Origin: a virus
Lineage: Duplodnaviria; Caudoviricetes
Direction: 5' to 3' (one strand)
DNA length: 25,265 nt
Virus record (IMG/VR): IMGVR_UViG_3300020365_000116
Location: 1-25,265 of that record
Made by a program: the position numbers and the translations under genes. Below the pieces are notes generated by a model. The model saw only the letters and a program-made list of their open reading frames with translations. It was not told the DNA's origin and searched no databases. Of this stretch, positions 16,684-23,444 are shown one piece after another (positions within the stretch are counted from its first letter, which is position 1; each line of letters starts with the position of its first letter).

Positions 16684-17934
16684 ATGGAAATAAGAGTAGT
16701 AACTAAATCAGACTGTCCTTTTTGTGACATGACCAAGAAGTGGTTAGACGAAAATGGATTTGAATATGCCGCTGAGGTAATGGACAATGAAGAAGAGCGT
16801 CTTGCGTTCTATCAGTCTATCAATGGTATCAGTGAAATCGTTGGGAAACCAAACGATGTTCGTAGAGTAAATTCTGTACCACAAATCTTTATTGATGGTG
16901 ACCGTATCGGTGGATACGATGACTTGATGAAAAATGCAGAGTCACTTTTCAAGAAGAGAGGTGCTGGTAGTCTGTTGAAATTTAGTGAAACTTACAAACC
17001 ATTTTATTATCCTTGGGCAGTTGAAATCACAACAAGACATGAGAAGGTACACTGGATTGAAGACGAACTTGATTTGTCTGAGGATGTATCTGATTGGAAG
17101 TCTGGTAAGGTTACTGAAGCAGAGAAAGATTATATCACGAATATTCTTAGACTGTTCACACAAGCAGATGTTGCAGTTGGACAGAACTACTATGACCAGT
17201 TGATTCCAAAGTTCAAGAACAATGAAGTTAGAAATATGTTGGGTTCATTTGCGAACAGGGAAGCAATCCATCAACGTGCATATGCATTGTTGAATGAAAC
17301 ACTTGGTCTACCACCAGAAGAGTATCATGCATTTCTTGAATATTCTGAGATGTCAGATAAGATTGACTTCATGATGGATTCAAATACATCGACACACAGG
17401 GGTCTTGCACTTGCAATGGCAAAGTCAGTGATGAACGAGGGTATTGCTCTGTTTGCATCATTCGTGATGTTGTTGAACTTCCAAAGGTTCGGTAAGATGA
17501 AAGGTATGGGAAAGGTCGTAGAATGGTCTATTCGTGATGAATCTATCCATGTGGAAGGAATTGCAAAACTATTCCGACAGTTCTGCACAGAATATCCTAA
17601 GATTGTGGATGATAACTTCAAATCTGAAATCTATGAAATGGCAAGACTGTCTGTGAAACTGGAAGACAAGTTTGTACAGATGACCTATAAGATGGGTGCT
17701 CCAGAGGGTCTTGAGGCGTCTGATGTAAAGACCTATATAAGATATATAACGGATAGAAGGTTATTACAACTTGGTTTGAAACCTAATTTCAAAGTGAAAG
17801 AAAATCCTTTACCTTGGTTGGAGTGGGTACTTAACGGTGCAGACCACACTAACTTTTTTGAAAACAGGGTAACCGAATATGAGGTTGCTGGTCTAACTGG
17901 TACTTGGGATGATGCGTATGAGGACGCTGCATAA
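16684..17934 (+). CDS. nrdB: Glutaredoxin-fused ribonucleotide reductase beta subunit
   Basis: N-terminal Grx domain (CPFC, SVPQIFIDG..IGGYDDL). R2 motifs EAIHQRAY, EG..LFASF, RDESIH and NFFENRVTEY. Confidence 0.95.
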   Translation: MEIRVVTKSDCPFCDMTKKWLDENGFEYAAEVMDNEEERLAFYQSINGISEIVGKPNDVRRVNSVPQIFIDGDRIGGYDDLMKNAESLFKKRGAGSLLKFSETYKPFYYPWAVEITTRHEKVHWIEDELDLSEDVSDWKSGKVTEAEKDYITNILRLFTQADVAVGQNYYDQLIPKFKNNEVRNMLGSFANREAIHQRAYALLNETLGLPPEEYHAFLEYSEMSDKIDFMMDSNTSTHRGLALAMAKSVMNEGIALFASFVMLLNFQRFGKMKGMGKVVEWSIRDESIHVEGIAKLFRQFCTEYPKIVDDNFKSEIYEMARLSVKLEDKFVQMTYKMGAPEGLEASDVKTYIRYITDRRLLQLGLKPNFKVKENPLPWLEWVLNGADHTNFFENRVTEYEVAGLTGTWDDAYEDAA

Positions 17935-17936
17935 AT

Positions 17937-18098
17937 ATGAGTAGAAAAATTATCTCTTGTGAGGACTGTGGTGCAGAATTTACAGTGCGACACAATATGT
18001 CGGAAAGACATTATCAAATAACGCACTGTGTATTTTGTGGTTCAGAAATCCCAGAAGATAATGAAGATGACTTATACGATGAGGAAGAAGAGTACTAG
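17937..18098 (+). CDS. Small Zn-ribbon protein with an acidic tail (53 aa; not in the ORF track)
   Basis: CEDC...CVFCG followed by EDNEDDLYDEEEEY; its TAG overlaps the next GTG. Confidence 0.75.
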   Translation: MSRKIISCEDCGAEFTVRHNMSERHYQITHCVFCGSEIPEDNEDDLYDEEEEY

Positions 18099-18442
18099 TG
18101 AAGACGCAAAGTGCGAAAGCAAAAGGTAGAAGGTTGCAACAATGGTTTCGTGACCTTCTAATTGAAAATTTAGGTGTCCACCCAGAAGATGTCGAATCTA
18201 GGTCGATGGGTGCTGGTGGAGAGGACTTGATTATGGCGAGGGCTGCTAGAGAGAAGTTCCCTTATTCGATAGAATGCAAGAACCAAGAGAAAATAAATGT
18301 GTGGCAATCATACGCACAGGCAGTCGAGAATAGTAAAGACCATGAACCAGTGGTAGTGATTAAACGTAATAATCATAAACCACTTGTTGTAGTGGACGCT
18401 GAATATTTTGTAGGACTGCATAAGGGTGATATATCGACATAA
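18098..18442 (+). CDS. PD-(D/E)xK nuclease, Holliday-junction-resolvase-like
   Basis: SAKAKGRRLQ, GEDL, SIECKNQE and PVVVIKRN. Confidence 0.8.
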   Translation: MKTQSAKAKGRRLQQWFRDLLIENLGVHPEDVESRSMGAGGEDLIMARAAREKFPYSIECKNQEKINVWQSYAQAVENSKDHEPVVVIKRNNHKPLVVVDAEYFVGLHKGDIST

Positions 18443-18698
18443 GAATTTTATACTAGACATGAACGGAAGCAAGGGGAAACTCTATGTTGACGGTTGGTTA
18501 CGTTTTATGGGTGACCATTATGTTGCGATAACAATGTTGTTAAGGTTTTCAGAGAACCACCCAGACGTTAGAGAAAAATTCAAAACACAACTTGAGATGC
18601 GAGAGAAACCTAGATTTGAAGAACCAAAAAAACGAATAGAAGAACCACCAGAACCGCCCAAGAAAGAAAGGGTCGTGAGAAGACCTAGACAAAGATAA
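18426..18698 (+). CDS. Hypothetical protein with a Pro/Arg-rich tail
   Basis: 90-aa ORF with GTG start, overlapping the upstream gene. Confidence 0.55.
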   Translation: MIYRHKNFILDMNGSKGKLYVDGWLRFMGDHYVAITMLLRFSENHPDVREKFKTQLEMREKPRFEEPKKRIEEPPEPPKKERVVRRPRQR

Positions 18699-18755
18699 TG
18701 CACCACACCTATGCAAAAATAACACAACAGTTTTTCCATAGACGCAACACTTAGG

Positions 18756-18776
18756 ACAGTATTACTGTTATAAATA
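18756..18776 (+). promoter_or_regulatory. Perfect T4 late promoter TATAAATA (18769-18776) abutting the palindrome ACAGTA-T-TACTGT
   Basis: Intergenic exact consensus; palindrome at 18756-18768. Confidence 0.7.
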
Positions 18777-18823
18777 GTTGCGTAATAAACCATTACAATT
18801 TTTTACCTAAAGGAACTTGCCAA

Positions 18824-18886
18824 ATGTGGCCTTATACCGAAGAAGAAGCGGACTATTTAAGTCGGCGAAAATTTGAAAACAACTAA
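18824..18886 (+). CDS. Putative 20-aa peptide MWPYTEEEADYLSRRKFENN
   Basis: AAGGA RBS at about 18810-18814; lies between a late promoter and a terminator. Confidence 0.5.
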   Translation: MWPYTEEEADYLSRRKFENN

Positions 18887-18889
18887 TTC

Positions 18890-18912
18890 AAGGGTGCAAT
18901 GCACCCTTTTTT
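18890..18912 (+). terminator. Rho-independent terminator
   Basis: AAGGGTGC-AAT-GCACCCTT hairpin running into a T tract. Confidence 0.8.
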
Positions 18913-18930
18913 AATGCGTGGAGTAATAAT

Positions 18931-19095
18931 ATGTTAAGAGCATTGACCAATTTGTTTCAACAGAGACAAGATGATAGAGGAATTGTTAATTATGTTCGCA
19001 CCGAATGGAATAACGAAACCAGACACCTATCCAACCAAGACTGTATAGACTTTTACAATAATTATTTAACAACCAAAGGGAGACTGAAACGATGA
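18931..19095 (+). CDS. Small hypothetical protein (54 aa; not in the ORF track)
   Basis: GGAG RBS; MLRALTNLFQQRQDDRGIVNYVRTEWNNETRHL...; ATGA-coupled to the next gene. Confidence 0.65.
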   Translation: MLRALTNLFQQRQDDRGIVNYVRTEWNNETRHLSNQDCIDFYNNYLTTKGRLKR

Positions 19096-19298
19096 GTATC
19101 GGATTAGTATTGAGACATACTTACGAGGAGACTTGTGAGATATGTGATAAAATAGCACACTATATAAAAGTGGGTAGTACTCACTTCAACAAATTTTTTA
19201 CCAGAGTTGGTTACGCAAGGGCAGCGTCTGAACTTGCACGACAAGGGTACTATAAAGAAGCGAAAGCACTTATGTTAGAAAAGGATAATTTGAAATGA
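19092..19298 (+). CDS. Small hypothetical protein (GYARAASELARQGY motif)
   Basis: 68 aa, coupled on both sides. Confidence 0.65.
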   Translation: MSIGLVLRHTYEETCEICDKIAHYIKVGSTHFNKFFTRVGYARAASELARQGYYKEAKALMLEKDNLK

Positions 19299-19744
19299 AA
19301 ACATTAGGATTTTTAATGACAATTTTTGGACTTGTATTTTTTGCAAGTTTAGCACATGGAATGAATGGCACAACAGTAGAGATGTTGAATAAAGATGCCG
19401 ATGGTAATAGAATGGTATACTCACAAGAGATTGTTGAAATTGAAGTTGGACAGATTGTCAAATGGATTCCAACCGACAAAGGACACAATGTGGAAATCAT
19501 TGCTGCACCAGAGGGGTTTGAGATTCCAAAGAAATCCAAAAACAGTAAAGAGGTCGAGATGCAGTTTGACATCCCTGGCGTCTATTACTACTGGTGTACA
19601 CCACACAAAGGTATGGGCATGATTGGTCTTGTCGTTGTTGGTGGAGACATCTCAAACATTGATGACATTGCATCTGCAAAGGCAATGGGTAAATCAAAGA
19701 AGAAACTCAAAGCACTGTTAGAAGAACTAAACGAGAAATATTAA
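19295..19744 (+). CDS. Pseudoazurin (type-1 blue copper protein), exported
   Basis: Signal peptide; VEMLNK...MVY; PTDKGHNVE; YYYWCTPHKGMGMIGLVVVG (His/Cys/His/Met ligands); C-terminal helices typical of pseudoazurin. Confidence 0.9.
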   Translation: MKTLGFLMTIFGLVFFASLAHGMNGTTVEMLNKDADGNRMVYSQEIVEIEVGQIVKWIPTDKGHNVEIIAAPEGFEIPKKSKNSKEVEMQFDIPGVYYYWCTPHKGMGMIGLVVVGGDISNIDDIASAKAMGKSKKKLKALLEELNEKY

Positions 19745-19750
19745 ATTTTC

Positions 19751-19779
19751 TTGACATCTCCATTTCAAAGTGGTATTGT
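19751..19779 (+). promoter_or_regulatory. sigma70-type promoter (extended -10)
   Basis: TTGACA, 17-nt spacer, TATTGT preceded by TGG. Confidence 0.6.
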
Positions 19780-19793
19780 GTCTATATAAAGAT

Positions 19794-19819
19794 AAGAGGG
19801 AAAATCACTTCCCTCTTTT
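19794..19819 (+). terminator. Hairpin (terminator or leader stem)
   Basis: AAGAGGGAA-AATCAC-TTCCCTCTT followed by TT. Confidence 0.6.
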
Positions 19820-19834
19820 ATATTGGAGGCAATT

Positions 19835-20308
19835 ATGTCTGACCAACTTTGGAGAAAGGTTAAGAAGATGGAATTAGGTAATCCAATTATCACAGCACTT
19901 GTAGGTCTTGTAGTATTTTATATCGGTCTGAAAATGTTTTCTGGTGGTATGAAGTCTATGGGTAATATGGAACACCTTGCATTCTTCTTAGGTAATCCAA
20001 TCTATATGTTCTTTGGTGGTATTGTTATGACATTACTCTGGCAATCATCATCACTCTCAACAACAGCAATCATTGCATTAGTCGCTTCTGGTGCGTTACC
20101 ACTTCCTGCCGCAATCGGGGCAGTTCTTGGTGCAAACATAGGAACGACAGGTACAATCTGGTTAGCAGGACTTCTGGTTTCAGACGGAATGCCGAAAGGT
20201 GATACCTTGAGGATTGCACTTGCACATTCTGGTGCAAACCTATTCATGTCTATCATGCTACTACCTTGGGTACATCATATCGCAAGGTTCTTAGGTAAAG
20301 TAGGATAA
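19835..20308 (+). CDS. Na+/Pi cotransporter family (NptA/SLC34-like) single-repeat membrane protein
   Basis: GLKMFSGGM, LWQSSSLST and GANIGTT; GGAGG RBS before ATG 19835; no PhoU domain and no second repeat. Confidence 0.85.
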   Translation: MSDQLWRKVKKMELGNPIITALVGLVVFYIGLKMFSGGMKSMGNMEHLAFFLGNPIYMFFGGIVMTLLWQSSSLSTTAIIALVASGALPLPAAIGAVLGANIGTTGTIWLAGLLVSDGMPKGDTLRIALAHSGANLFMSIMLLPWVHHIARFLGKVG

Positions 20309-20316
20309 CTCTAAGG

Positions 20317-20366
20317 AAACCCACGATTCGCAAGTGATTCGCACAATCGTGGGGTTTTTCTCTTTT
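20317..20366 (+). terminator. Rho-independent terminator containing tandem GATTCGCA repeats
   Basis: AAACCCACGATT...AATCGTGGGGTTT followed by T-rich sequence. Confidence 0.7.
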
Positions 20367-20389
20367 TACCCCCCTAAAAAATCTAATAA

Positions 20390-20402
20390 AATCAACGGTT
20401 TA
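20390..20402 (+). promoter_or_regulatory. IHF-binding consensus
   Basis: AATCAACGGTTTA matches WATCAANNNNTTR, with an upstream A-tract. Confidence 0.55.
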
Positions 20403-20411
20403 AAAAACCCC

Positions 20412-20440
20412 TTGACTTTGTTCTCAAAACATCGTATAGT
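20412..20440 (+). promoter_or_regulatory. sigma70-type early promoter
   Basis: TTGACT, 17-nt spacer, TATAGT, with an A-rich UP-like element. Confidence 0.8.
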
Positions 20441-20469
20441 GTATATGTAATTGAGAGAAAGGACTTCAA

Positions 20470-20736
20470 ATGTTGAAAGAAAACGGAATTGATTTTATCA
20501 CTGCCCACAATGGTGGGATTCAGATGTATGCTGGACTTGGTAATCTCGTTGGGTGGGGAAAGACCGCCAAACATATTGCGTATGTTGTCCAGACAAAAGG
20601 TTTAAAATTTGGTGATTATGTTCAGTGCAGCAGCACTATGGATTTTGCAGACGAAGAAGGATTTGACCACTACAACGGTGCGAAAGAACTTTGGGATGAA
20701 GCAATGGCAATGTTAACAGTTATGGAGAATGAATAA
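20470..20736 (+). CDS. Early hypothetical protein
   Basis: AAGGA RBS; 88 aa; first gene after the promoter. Confidence 0.7.
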   Translation: MLKENGIDFITAHNGGIQMYAGLGNLVGWGKTAKHIAYVVQTKGLKFGDYVQCSSTMDFADEEGFDHYNGAKELWDEAMAMLTVMENE

Positions 20737-20972
20737 TGGGTTATTTCTATCAAGATTGGAAGGACAAAAAGATGTTTGTCGAAAACAGTGAAGGTCAGTT
20801 CGTAATGAACTTTGGTGAGTCAGAAAAGGGGATGATTGAGAATCTTGAAAGTGCAATCATCAATCTCACAGAGGGTGCCTCTGATGAAAAGAGGATGGCG
20901 ATAAATTCCCTTGAGTATTATGTCGATATGCTCAAAAAGGGTAAACTTGAAGTGAAATGGAATATCTCATAG
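20736..20972 (+). CDS. Early hypothetical protein
   Basis: GGAG RBS; TAATG coupling. Confidence 0.7.
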   Translation: MGYFYQDWKDKKMFVENSEGQFVMNFGESEKGMIENLESAIINLTEGASDEKRMAINSLEYYVDMLKKGKLEVKWNIS

Positions 20973-20976
20973 GAGA

Positions 20977-21174
20977 GTGAATATGTTTGTATTGGTTGAG
21001 GATGGACAGATTATTGCTGAGGAAGAATGCCTTGGTAATGCTTGTGAACACCAGATGGTGTTGAATGAATGTGGACAAAATGTTATCGTCATGGATGAGG
21101 ATGACTTTTGGAATGAACAGGCAGAGATTGCTGATATGGCAAAGGCCCATGAGAACGGTACGAAACTATGGTAG
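20977..21174 (+). CDS. Acidic early hypothetical protein (start may be ATG 20983)
   Basis: AGGAG RBS at 20971-20975. Confidence 0.6.
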   Translation: MNMFVLVEDGQIIAEEECLGNACEHQMVLNECGQNVIVMDEDDFWNEQAEIADMAKAHENGTKLW

Positions 21175-21410
21175 TAACACACAGAGATGTTGGTAGATGG
21201 GTTGTCCTCAAAGGAAAAACTCGACACGGTAAGAACCGCATTCAACAACACGGTATGGAATGGGTGATTGAAACTGTTTCAACCTTCCAAGGTCAACCAG
21301 CGATGTTCTTACGTTCTAAGAACAAAACAGAAGGCCCAAGAGATAACAAGGGATTTGATAGTCGTTGGGTACTGCTGAGAGATGACCCAAATTTTTTGTG
21401 GTTTCACTAA
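21168..21410 (+). CDS. Early hypothetical protein (basic, beta-rich)
   Basis: 80 aa; L.GKTRHGKNRI.QHG..W motif seen in marine phages. Confidence 0.65.
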   Translation: MVVTHRDVGRWVVLKGKTRHGKNRIQQHGMEWVIETVSTFQGQPAMFLRSKNKTEGPRDNKGFDSRWVLLRDDPNFLWFH

Positions 21411-21418
21411 AAAACTAC

Positions 21419-21447
21419 TTGACATTCGTTATGAAAACAAGTATAAT
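21419..21447 (+). promoter_or_regulatory. Perfect sigma70 consensus promoter
   Basis: TTGACA, 17-nt spacer, TATAAT. Confidence 0.88.
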
Positions 21448-21472
21448 GATTATAGAAAGTGAGGAGAGTAAT

Positions 21473-21841
21473 ATGGAAACATTAGATTTAAAAGTTCTTG
21501 AATATGAAAATGATGATTGTGCAAACGTAAATGGTACGCACTATATAAGCACCATCACAACAACGTATGACCAATTGGTTGAGATTTTTGGTAAACCAAC
21601 ATACACAGATGCAGAACCATATGAAAAGGTCAACGCAGAGTGGACAATTCAAACAAAGGTCATTGAGAAAGATGCTGAAGATGAGGACGATTGGTTCTAC
21701 AAAGTGTTCACAATCTACAACTGGAAAACTGGTTACATACCTACTGGTGAGTACGAGTGGCACGTTGGTGGTCATGATTATGAAGCTCATGAGATTGCAT
21801 CTGCAATTTTTGAAAACCACATAAATAACTCTAAAGGATAG
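21473..21841 (+). CDS. Early hypothetical protein (TTYDQLVEIFGKP..KV.AEW..TIYNWK..WHVGG family)
   Basis: Start reassigned to ATG 21473, after the GAGGAG RBS and downstream of the promoter. Confidence 0.75.
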   Translation: METLDLKVLEYENDDCANVNGTHYISTITTTYDQLVEIFGKPTYTDAEPYEKVNAEWTIQTKVIEKDAEDEDDWFYKVFTIYNWKTGYIPTGEYEWHVGGHDYEAHEIASAIFENHINNSKG

Positions 21842-21847
21842 GATGTT

Positions 21848-22057
21848 ATGGTAACAACTACAGTCGCAACGACAATCACGATGATTGCCACGATATTTGC
21901 ATTCTACTACGGTAAACACCTTGGTAGTAAAGCGAGTGTCGAGAAGATTGTTGACTCCATGTTAGACAAGATGGAGAAGGATGGTTACATCAAAACTAAG
22001 AAAAACAGTTTAGGTCAGACAGAATTAATTCCCATAAAAGACTTGACAAATGGGTAA
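21848..22057 (+). CDS. Small membrane-anchored hypothetical protein
   Basis: AGGA RBS; N-terminal hydrophobic helix. Confidence 0.65.
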   Translation: MVTTTVATTITMIATIFAFYYGKHLGSKASVEKIVDSMLDKMEKDGYIKTKKNSLGQTELIPIKDLTNG

Positions 22058-22071
22058 AAATTTTGTATGAT
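22043..22071 (+). promoter_or_regulatory. sigma70-type promoter
   Basis: TTGACA, 17-nt spacer, TATGAT. Confidence 0.8.
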
Positions 22072-22076
22072 GTATT

Positions 22077-22157
22077 TGAGAGTCGGAATTAAGGTTGGTT
22101 GGCCCAGAGTGAAAGTTCCAAATATTATGGTCTGGGGGTACAAGTTTCCGACTCTCA
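22077..22157 (+). ncRNA. Candidate structured RNA / 5' leader element of unknown family
   Basis: Perfect 12-bp outer stem TGAGAGTCGGAA/TTCCGACTCTCA and inner stem CCCAGA/TCTGGG; begins at the predicted +1 of the promoter. Confidence 0.6.
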
Positions 22158-22181
22158 CTTTAAATTATTAGAGAGGTGAAA

Positions 22182-22613
22182 ATGAAATATATTATGATAC
22201 CAGCGATGTTTGCACTATCCATGTGTACACCAGTACACGCAATGGATAATCAAGATTGCAAATATACAAAGACGGTAAACCAAAGTGAGGGGCAGATTGT
22301 CAGTTCAACAACTGATTATGATTGTAAGACAACGCCTACGGTTATCGTAAAAGAAAACAGTCCTACTGTTATCTACAGAACAGGTACGACAGTTAGTAGT
22401 CCAGTAACGACAACCAGAGTTGTCTCATCGACTCCTGTCTATCACAACAATCATCAAACAACAAACATTATCACTGATATTGCAAAAGAGATATTCTTTG
22501 GTGGAGCAGCGCATAGACAAGTAAGTCACAATGGTTGGGTTATTCAAGTTCCCAATAGAAAGAAGGGTGCTTGTTATGCAACTGATGACCTTAGAGGAAC
22601 GGTTTGTTACTAA
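22182..22613 (+). CDS. Secreted Thr/Ser-rich hypothetical protein with Cys pairs
   Basis: GAGG RBS; signal peptide MKYIMIPAMFALSMCTPVHA; alternative GTG start at 22176. Confidence 0.65.
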   Translation: MKYIMIPAMFALSMCTPVHAMDNQDCKYTKTVNQSEGQIVSSTTDYDCKTTPTVIVKENSPTVIYRTGTTVSSPVTTTRVVSSTPVYHNNHQTTNIITDIAKEIFFGGAAHRQVSHNGWVIQVPNRKKGACYATDDLRGTVCY

Positions 22614-22753
22614 TGTTTAAGATTTTATTTGGAATTCTGTTGGGAATAGTTATCGTCACCTATTACCCAGATATATCAGAAACCGTTGCAGACATATTTG
22701 TTGACAGCGGTGCCCGTGACGCAATCATAGAACAACTTGAAGAGGTGAATTGA
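22613..22753 (+). CDS. Small membrane protein (46 aa; not in the ORF track)
   Basis: MFKILFGILLGIVIVTYYPDISETVADIFVDSGARDAIIEQLEEVN; TAATG-coupled. Confidence 0.65.
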   Translation: MFKILFGILLGIVIVTYYPDISETVADIFVDSGARDAIIEQLEEVN

Positions 22754-22755
22754 TT

Positions 22756-23436
22756 ATGATTAAGAACGCAGTTGCAATTGGTGCTATTGGTTTGACCCTT
22801 GGTGCCTGTACTGCAACAAACCCATTGAGTGGGCCCAACACTGCAAACGTGGATTTAGGTAAACCACCTGTAGGTGTAGTGAAGTCTGCATATACATATC
22901 AGGCGAACAATGTAAAGGAACAGGTATCAGAAGTACCAAAGTGGTACACTAAGATGCCTGTGAAGGAAGATGCAATCTATGCTGTAGGAACTGCAAATAC
23001 ACCAGACTTACAACTCTCAAATGACATTGCGATTTTGAGTGCAAAGACAACTCTTGCTGACAGGATTAATGGTAGAGTAAATTCTGTCACGAAGAGTTTT
23101 GTGACGAAGGTTGGTTCGACAGATGCAGATGCATCTATCATTAACGAGATTCAGACTGCAACCAAAAACATCATCGCTGATGTTGATGTCGCTGGTTACA
23201 ATGTTAGTGAATCAAAGGTAGTGTCAAACGGTACACAATATCGAGTGTATGTTCTTTTGGAATATTCCGATGAAAATGCACAGAAGATTTTGTTGAACCG
23301 ACTCAAGAAGGATAGAATGTTGATTACGAAACTCAAAGCGAATGAAGCATTCAAAGAACTTGAGAACGATGTCAATAATGCAAACGAGGCAGAACTTGAC
23401 CGTGTTGACCAGATTATTAAAACGGAAACACAATAG
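22756..23436 (+). CDS. LPP20-like lipoprotein
   Basis: Lipobox LGAC; VPKWY...IYAVGTA...AILSAKTTLADRI pattern; GAGG RBS. Confidence 0.75.
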   Translation: MIKNAVAIGAIGLTLGACTATNPLSGPNTANVDLGKPPVGVVKSAYTYQANNVKEQVSEVPKWYTKMPVKEDAIYAVGTANTPDLQLSNDIAILSAKTTLADRINGRVNSVTKSFVTKVGSTDADASIINEIQTATKNIIADVDVAGYNVSESKVVSNGTQYRVYVLLEYSDENAQKILLNRLKKDRMLITKLKANEAFKELENDVNNANEAELDRVDQIIKTETQ

Positions 23437-23444
23437 GAGGCATA

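Noticed and set aside
13356-17934. Intron, intein or homing endonuclease in nrdA/nrdB
   Set aside because: Both ORFs are continuous and of compact length. The intervening genes are not endonucleases.
19295-19744. Cyanophage assignment via plastocyanin petE
   Set aside because: The sequence has pseudoazurin features, no photosynthesis genes are in the window, and the other accessory genes point to a heterotrophic proteobacterial host.
17930-21827. Additional CATAAATA matches (17930-17937, 21820-21827) as late promoters
   Set aside because: They overlap coding sequence or start codons in AT-rich DNA and cannot be told apart from chance matches.
22077-22157. FMN or cobalamin riboswitch, hammerhead ribozyme or tRNA, suggested by GTGAAAG
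   Set aside because: The other conserved cores are missing (no CUGAUGA, no B12 box, no cloverleaf). Kept only as an unassigned RNA.
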